A stretch of 64,000 nt of DNA, taken from IMG/VR virus record IMGVR_UViG_3300020221_001191; one strand, given 5' to 3'. How positions within the stretch are numbered: position 1 is the first letter of the stretch; each line of letters begins with the position of its first letter. The position numbers were made by a program, and so were the translations under genes. The notes under the pieces were generated by a model, which worked only from the letters and a program-made list of their open reading frames with translations, had not been told where the DNA came from and did not search any database. Below are positions 58,278 to 64,000 of the stretch, one piece after another. The DNA is from an uncultured virus (IMG/VR IMGVR_UViG_3300020221_001191) (lineage: Duplodnaviria; Heunggongvirae; Uroviricota; Caudoviricetes).

Positions 58278-59184
58278 AATTTTAGTAACAGGCGGTCATG
58301 GTTTGGTTGGGTCTGAATTTATTGGTGACCAATATTTCAAACCAACTTCTAAAGAATATGATTTAAGAAATCCACAAGAAGTTAATAGATTAATGTTAAA
58401 GAATTTTGATAGTGTAATACATACTGCGGGAAAAGTAGGTGGGTTAGGTGGTAATATGAATCATAAAGGAGAATTTTTTTATGACAACATAATGATAAAC
58501 ACTAACGTAATAGAGTCTTCAAGACTTACAAAAGTAAAAAATTTAGTGGCATTTTTGTCAACATGTGTATTCCCCGATAATGTAGAATATCCCTTAACTG
58601 AGAAAAAAGTTCATTTGGGTCCACCCCACTTTTCTAATGACGCATATGCATATGCTAAAAGAATGACCGATATTCAAATAACAGCATATAAAGAACAGTA
58701 TGGATTAAATTATAAATCAGTTATACCATCAAATATCTATGGTCCTAATGATAATTACGATATTATTAATGGTCATGTTATACCGTCACTAATTCACAAA
58801 TGTTATCTTGCAAGAGAAAATAAAACCCCTCTTAAAATATGGGGATCAGGAAATCCGCTAAGAGAATTTATTTTTAGTAAAGATGTTGCAAAATTAACTG
58901 AATGGGCGCTGTTTAATTACAATGAAAATGAACCAATAATACTTTCAACATCAGAAGAAATATCAATTAAAGAGATTGTTAATATTATTATTGAGCTGAT
59001 GAATTTTAAAGGTGAAGTAATGTTTGATTCATCTAAACCTGATGGTCAACATAGAAAACCTTCTGACAATTCTAAAATAAAAAATTATTTACCTGAATTT
59101 AAGTTCACTCCTATATATGAAGGGTTAAAAGAAACTATTGAATTTTTCGAAAACAATTATAGTTTTGTAAGAAAAAATGGATAA
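58267..59184 (+). CDS. fcl: GDP-L-fucose synthase
   Basis: VTGGHGLVG, KVGG, LSTCVFP, YAYAK, NIYGPNDN, WGSGNPLREF. Confidence 0.92.
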   Translation: MENKILVTGGHGLVGSEFIGDQYFKPTSKEYDLRNPQEVNRLMLKNFDSVIHTAGKVGGLGGNMNHKGEFFYDNIMINTNVIESSRLTKVKNLVAFLSTCVFPDNVEYPLTEKKVHLGPPHFSNDAYAYAKRMTDIQITAYKEQYGLNYKSVIPSNIYGPNDNYDIINGHVIPSLIHKCYLARENKTPLKIWGSGNPLREFIFSKDVAKLTEWALFNYNENEPIILSTSEEISIKEIVNIIIELMNFKGEVMFDSSKPDGQHRKPSDNSKIKNYLPEFKFTPIYEGLKETIEFFENNYSFVRKNG

Positions 59185-59623
59185 ACAAAACAGAACTATA
59201 GGTATTACTTGTTCAACATTTGATCTTTTACACGCAGGCCATATAATAATGTTAGAAGAGTGTAAAAAATATTGTGACTATCTAATATGCGCACTACAAA
59301 TAGATCCAACAATTGATAGACCAGAAAAAAACAAACCAATACAGACTTTGGTTGAAAGATATATTCAATTAGATGCAGTAAAACACGTAGATAAAATTAT
59401 ACCATATAATTCGGAGGAAGAGCTCGAATCAATATTTTTATCTTTAGATTTAGATGTTAGGATAATAGGTGAAGAATATAAAGAAAAGGACTTTACGGCA
59501 AAAAACATTTGTCAAAAAAGAGGCATAAAGTTCGCCTATAACAAGAGAGATCATAATTTTTCATCTACTAACTTAAGAAATTTAATTTATGACCAAGAAA
59601 CATCCAAAAGATTTGTAAGATAA
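59177..59623 (+). CDS. Glycerol-3-phosphate cytidylyltransferase-like (TagD family)
   Basis: TFDLLHAGH, R.HNFSST. Confidence 0.85.
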   Translation: MDKQNRTIGITCSTFDLLHAGHIIMLEECKKYCDYLICALQIDPTIDRPEKNKPIQTLVERYIQLDAVKHVDKIIPYNSEEELESIFLSLDLDVRIIGEEYKEKDFTAKNICQKRGIKFAYNKRDHNFSSTNLRNLIYDQETSKRFVR

Positions 59624-59627
59624 AATT

Positions 59628-60359
59628 ATGCAAAAAAGAAAAATAAACACGACAACCGAGGATACTAAAACTCCACAATCAAAAAAAGAGTTCATAAACA
59701 CGGTAGTAAAGAAAAAACAAAGAAGTAAGTTTCTTACTGAAAATCAAAAAGAATATTACGATAGATTAATCACGAATCAAATCACAATATGTTCGGGACC
59801 AGCTGGTGTTGGTAAAAGTTATATTGCAATGAAGGCCGCAGTTGATCTTTTATTAGACGATGGAAACGCATATGAAAAAATTATAATTGTAAGGCCTGCG
59901 GTTGAGGCAGAGGAAAAACTTGGTTCACTGCCTGGAAACTTAGAAGAAAAATTAGATCCTTACATCTTCCCATCTTATTATTTATTGAATAAAATTATTG
60001 GTAAAGATGAGAGAGAAAAATTGAAGGAACATGAAATAATAGAAGTATTTGCTTTAGCATATATGAGAGGTATGAATATAGATAATTCGATTTTAATTTT
60101 CGAAGAAGCCCAAAACTCAACCCCCAATCAGATGAAACTCCTTCTTACTAGAATTGGATTCAATAGTAAGTTTTTTATATCTGGAGACATTGAACAAACT
60201 GATAGATATAAAGACAAAAAACAATCAGGTTTATACGATGCTTTAACAAGATTCAAAGGGGTAAACGGAATAGGTATTTTTGAATTTGGAGAAAAAGATG
60301 GAGTAAGAAACCCAATTATTACAAAAATATTACAAAAATATGATGAGGATAGGCATTGA
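59628..60359 (+). CDS. phoH: PhoH-family ATPase
   Basis: GPAGVGKS, LGSLPG..EEK, AYMRG, EEAQN, LTRIG, GDIEQTD. Confidence 0.92.
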   Translation: MQKRKINTTTEDTKTPQSKKEFINTVVKKKQRSKFLTENQKEYYDRLITNQITICSGPAGVGKSYIAMKAAVDLLLDDGNAYEKIIIVRPAVEAEEKLGSLPGNLEEKLDPYIFPSYYLLNKIIGKDEREKLKEHEIIEVFALAYMRGMNIDNSILIFEEAQNSTPNQMKLLLTRIGFNSKFFISGDIEQTDRYKDKKQSGLYDALTRFKGVNGIGIFEFGEKDGVRNPIITKILQKYDEDRH

Positions 60360-61002
60360 TATCAATGGTGTTTTAAGAGATACAATTGGAAAATTTTCTC
60401 AACTTTATGAGAAACATTTAATTGAATCTGATGATAAAGATGTTGTTCACAACACTTATGAATTAGATATGTCTGGAAATACACAGATTATTAACAATCT
60501 TACGGAAAAGTTTGACTATAAAATTATTTCGGAAGTTGATTCTCTAAATTTAGAAAACCATTTTGCGTTCAAAAACAAAGACGAGTTGTTTAATTTTATG
60601 TATGAAGAATACTCTATGGAATTATTTGGTCATGCACCATCCACCGAAATGACGACTTTCAATATTTTAAACGATTTATATTTCAATTTGAGAAACGAGA
60701 ACGAATTAGTAGTTGTCTCGAGCGAAATCGGAAAATCTAAACCATCTTCTCTTTTTTTTCTTTCTAAATTTGGATGTTTGTTAGAAAAAATATTTTTTTT
60801 CAGTGAGATCACAAAAAATAACATGTGGAATCAAATAGATGTTTTACTTACCGCAGATCCTAATCTATTATTAGAAAAACCAAAAGGAAAAATTGTAATA
60901 CAATTCAATACTTCCTACAATAAACATGTTCAATCAGATTTACAAATAGACAGATTATGTGAATTTGAAGAAATTTTAAAAAAAATAAAGAAAAATGTTT
61001 AA
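60340..61002 (+). CDS. HAD 5'(3')-nucleotidase-like protein
   Basis: RIGIDINGVLRD (second Asp of DxD replaced by Asn). Confidence 0.55.
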   Translation: MMRIGIDINGVLRDTIGKFSQLYEKHLIESDDKDVVHNTYELDMSGNTQIINNLTEKFDYKIISEVDSLNLENHFAFKNKDELFNFMYEEYSMELFGHAPSTEMTTFNILNDLYFNLRNENELVVVSSEIGKSKPSSLFFLSKFGCLLEKIFFFSEITKNNMWNQIDVLLTADPNLLLEKPKGKIVIQFNTSYNKHVQSDLQIDRLCEFEEILKKIKKNV

Positions 61003-61249
61003 AATTTTAGGAGAAAATTACTATGTCGATTTAGATAAAATCGAAAAAGAAGTTGAAATTATGAATTTGACAGGTGAATCCCAAATTCATTTAGTCAAAT
61101 ATGAAATGATTAAAAATATGTTGGAGACTGTTTTAACCGAAAATGAAACTGTGGATGAGAATATGGGATTTAAAACAAATGAAGTTACCATTCCATTTAA
61201 AATTTCATTTAACACTCTCTTAATAAAAAAAATAATAAATAAATTATAA
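60995..61249 (+). CDS. Hypothetical protein
   Basis: 84 aa ORF in operon. Confidence 0.65.
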   Translation: MFKILGENYYVDLDKIEKEVEIMNLTGESQIHLVKYEMIKNMLETVLTENETVDENMGFKTNEVTIPFKISFNTLLIKKIINKL

Positions 61250-61254
61250 TTAAT

Positions 61255-62313
61255 ATGAATGAAGAACAAATTAAAAAATTAGAAAAATCTATCGACAACA
61301 TGAAAGAAAAGTTGTCACGGATTTATTTTATTGTGCAAGACACAAAAGGTAACGCTAAAGCATCGATAAGATACATTTATCAAATGGCTTTGACTTTAAA
61401 AAGAAACGGTTACAATTCCATTATCCTTCATGAAAAACCAGATTATTTTGGTGTTTCTTCTTGGTTAGGTGAAGAATATATGTTAGAATTAGAACATAGA
61501 GCAATCGAAGGAACAAGTTTAGAAATTTCCCCTGATGATTTAATTATCATTCCTGAAATATATGGATTCATAATGGATCAAATCACAAAACTTCCTTGTG
61601 GTAAAGTTGTTTTATGTCAGGCTTTTGATCACATATTTGAAACTTTACAACCAGGTCAAACTTGGAGTCAATTAGGGTTTTACAAATGTATTACAACTTC
61701 AGAAAAACAAAAAGAATTAATCGAGGGTGTTATGAGACAAATTTCAGTTGATGTAATTTCCCCTTATATTTCCGATAATTTTCAAAAAAATACATTCCCA
61801 CCAAAAACTGTCGTAAATATTCACACTCGTGATCATAGAGATACAACAAATCTTATCAAAACTTTTTATGCTAAATTTCCACAATATAGATGGATCACAT
61901 TTAGAGATTTGAGAGGACTGTCTGAAGAAGAATTCTCCTTAGCAATGAAAGACAGTTTTATTTCTGTTTGGATAGATCAAACAAGTTCTTTTGGGACATT
62001 TCCATTAGAATCTATGAAAATGGGAATTCCTGTATTAGGTTTGGTTCCTGATCATGTACCAACATGGATGAATGAAGACAATGGGCTTTGGATGAATAAT
62101 AAAACAATTATAGTTGATGTTCTTTCCGACTTTATTCAAAATTGGTTAGAAGACAATTTAAATCCAGAGTTGTTTTCTAACATGGAATCGACAATTAATT
62201 CAATTTCAAACTCACAAAAATTTGAAACGGATACTTTAGAACTTTTTAGTAAAATGTTCGAAAGCAGAATAACTTCATTTGAAGATCAACTTGAAAAATT
62301 ACAAACAATTTAA
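61255..62313 (+). CDS. GT-B glycosyltransferase-like protein
   Basis: IIIPEIY, SSFGTFPLESMKMG. Confidence 0.7.
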   Translation: MNEEQIKKLEKSIDNMKEKLSRIYFIVQDTKGNAKASIRYIYQMALTLKRNGYNSIILHEKPDYFGVSSWLGEEYMLELEHRAIEGTSLEISPDDLIIIPEIYGFIMDQITKLPCGKVVLCQAFDHIFETLQPGQTWSQLGFYKCITTSEKQKELIEGVMRQISVDVISPYISDNFQKNTFPPKTVVNIHTRDHRDTTNLIKTFYAKFPQYRWITFRDLRGLSEEEFSLAMKDSFISVWIDQTSSFGTFPLESMKMGIPVLGLVPDHVPTWMNEDNGLWMNNKTIIVDVLSDFIQNWLEDNLNPELFSNMESTINSISNSQKFETDTLELFSKMFESRITSFEDQLEKLQTI

Positions 62314-62315
62314 TT

Positions 62316-63122
62316 ATGAGCAACAAAAATAAAATATCAGTTATTTTACCAATTAAATCAGGTAAAGCAATCGACTTTCAAGAATTTTTTGATAAGTGTA
62401 TCCAATCTGTCAAAAATCAAGGAGATTTTTTAGGTGAACTAATAATCGTTCACGGATCAGAAGAATATTTAACTAACTTTTTAGATAAGTATGATTTCAG
62501 TGGTCTAACTGTAGTCAAAGAAGTATGGACAACCAAACCAAATTTTGCGAAACAAGTAAACAAGGGTGTTGAAATCGCAAAAAATGAATGGTGTTCGATC
62601 GTGGAATTTGATGACGAATATTCGAATATTTGGTTCAAAAACGTAATTAAATATATGAATATTTATAAAGATGTAGATGCGTTCTTACCTATAGTAGTTG
62701 ACGTTGATGATAAGTTGGTATTTGCTGGATTTACTAATGAAGCAACTTTTGCGGCTAATGTATCAACTGACATGGGAATTTTGAGCAACGAAACATTACA
62801 AACTTATCAAAATTTTCAGACATCAGGTATGGTTTTCAAAAAACAAAAATACCAAGAAGTTGGTGGTTTGAAATCCAATATCAAACTAACTTTTGGTTAT
62901 GAATTATTTTTACGTCTTACACACTACTCAGCACGAATTATGACAATACCTCGTATTGGTTACAAACATATTAACTTAAGAGAAGGATCAATTTTTTGGA
63001 ACTACAAAAACGGTGACGACAGATTGGATCAGGAAGAAGCAAGATTTTGGATCGAGACGGCAAAAAAAGAATTTTTTTTCAAAAACGAAAGGGATATAAA
63101 TTATGAACCACAAGAAATTTGA
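62316..63122 (+). CDS. GT2-like glycosyltransferase
   Basis: ISVILPI, VEFDD, IPRIGYKH. Confidence 0.7.
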   Translation: MSNKNKISVILPIKSGKAIDFQEFFDKCIQSVKNQGDFLGELIIVHGSEEYLTNFLDKYDFSGLTVVKEVWTTKPNFAKQVNKGVEIAKNEWCSIVEFDDEYSNIWFKNVIKYMNIYKDVDAFLPIVVDVDDKLVFAGFTNEATFAANVSTDMGILSNETLQTYQNFQTSGMVFKKQKYQEVGGLKSNIKLTFGYELFLRLTHYSARIMTIPRIGYKHINLREGSIFWNYKNGDDRLDQEEARFWIETAKKEFFFKNERDINYEPQEI

Positions 63123-63865
63123 TAGTAGTAAATGAAACTGAAATTATAAACAAAAAGAAAAAGAAAGGTAGAAAACCAAAAGTTAATAATTATTTTGATG
63201 AAAGAGAGGAGACGGCAGTTAGAAATTTTTTAGTCGCCGAAACTTACGATGAAAAAAACAAAATTTATAACGATTATTTAAGAGTACCTTTAGACAAAAT
63301 GATATCTTCAATTATTAGAAGATATAAATTGTATAGGAAGGATATGAACTACGAAGAAATACACGTAGATACACATTCTTTTTTGATGACTAAAATTGAA
63401 AAATTTAAACCTTCAAAAGAAAAAAAGGCATATTCTTATTTCGGAACTATTTGTAAAAACTATTTGATGGGACAAATAATGAAAGATCAAAAAGAAACAA
63501 ATAGAAAAATATCATACGAGGATATTTCTAGTGATTTATCAAACAAAAGTGAAATGTCTTATTCAATTGATAATTATGACTTGAGTTCAGAAACTATCAT
63601 TAAAAAGTTTTTAGAAAAATTAAAGAATAATTTGGAAAATCAAGAAATCAATGAACAAGAATATAAATTAGGTTCAGCAATTTACGATCTATTTGAAAAT
63701 TACAATCAAATTTTTCATGACACCTCAAACAATAAATTTAATAAAAATTTAATTCTTTTTGAACTCAGAGAAATGACAAATCTTTCTACTAAAGAAATCA
63801 GAACTTTGATTAAAAAATATAAAAAATTGTATTATGATTTAATCCAAGAATTACTTAAAGATTAA
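63119..63865 (+). CDS. Sigma-factor-like protein (phage late sigma, T4 gp55-like)
   Basis: KFKPSKEKKAYSYFGTICKNYL region-2-like motif; C-terminal helical region. Confidence 0.65.
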   Translation: MIVVNETEIINKKKKKGRKPKVNNYFDEREETAVRNFLVAETYDEKNKIYNDYLRVPLDKMISSIIRRYKLYRKDMNYEEIHVDTHSFLMTKIEKFKPSKEKKAYSYFGTICKNYLMGQIMKDQKETNRKISYEDISSDLSNKSEMSYSIDNYDLSSETIIKKFLEKLKNNLENQEINEQEYKLGSAIYDLFENYNQIFHDTSNNKFNKNLILFELREMTNLSTKEIRTLIKKYKKLYYDLIQELLKD

Positions 63866-63876
63866 TATTTATTATT

Positions 63877-64000
63877 ATGCCCCGACCAACAAAAAAAGAA
63901 ATTAATTTATCAAAAGAATCAATGTTGTCTTTGATGCAAGAAATTTATAACGAACTTGTAGAACAAAGAAGTACTGCGATTAGAATACAAAACAAAATGT
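63877..64000 (+). CDS. Partial hypothetical protein (MPRPTKKEINLSKES...)
   Basis: ATG after TATTTAT, open to window edge. Confidence 0.6.
   Translation, partial: MPRPTKKEINLSKESMLSLMQEIYNELVEQRSTAIRIQNKM

Noticed and set aside
42890..60359. Bacterial O-antigen/capsule locus or host contamination
   Set aside because: No wzx, wzy, ABC exporter or initiating transferase; continuous with phage-type dut, phoH and late-sigma-like genes in the same sequence style
42890..63122. GTs as a DNA base-hypermodification system
   Set aside because: No dNMP hydroxymethylase, TET/JBP-like or base-modification gene recognised here and the families are glycan-type; cannot be excluded for individual GTs near the exonuclease and dUTPase
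1..64000. tRNA/rRNA genes, stop-codon recoding, group I/II introns
   Set aside because: None recognised by eye; core genes are full-length under the standard code and the broken ORFs are explained by indels rather than in-frame stops; a tRNAscan/Infernal run is needed to be certain

Overview
AT-rich (roughly 30% GC by eye) segment of a large contractile-tailed (myovirus-like, jumbo-type) bacteriophage genome, read with the standard code. 1-16.3 kb: tail and neck morphogenesis genes (tape-measure-like protein, hub/tail chaperone with a candidate +1 frameshift, tube, sheath, terminator, two neck proteins), a SNF2 helicase carrying an Ala1 (class 3-type) LAGLIDADG intein, and a three-domain zincin/Mn-SOD/nuclease-like protein. 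16.3-19.1 kb: family B DNA polymerase with a structured leader. 19-40 kb: putative virion proteins with mucin-like Pro-Thr or poly-Thr tracts and a 1786-aa Gly-X-X (Ser/Thr/Asn) fibre, interleaved with protein-targeting glycosyltransferases (GT60/Gnt1-like, AAH/TibC-like, HtrL-like, GT9). 42.9-63.1 kb: a large glycan locus (GT2/4/10/11/25, gmd, fcl, perosamine-synthase-like enzyme, GNAT, nucleotidyltransferases) mixed with an exonuclease, dUTPase and PhoH, then a late-sigma-like gene. The best candidate novel system is phage-encoded glycosylation of its own virion proteins. A TATTTAT motif precedes nearly all structural genes, and several deletion, duplication and homopolymer scars lie in the glycan region. 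All family calls are from motif recognition by eye; no database searches were run.
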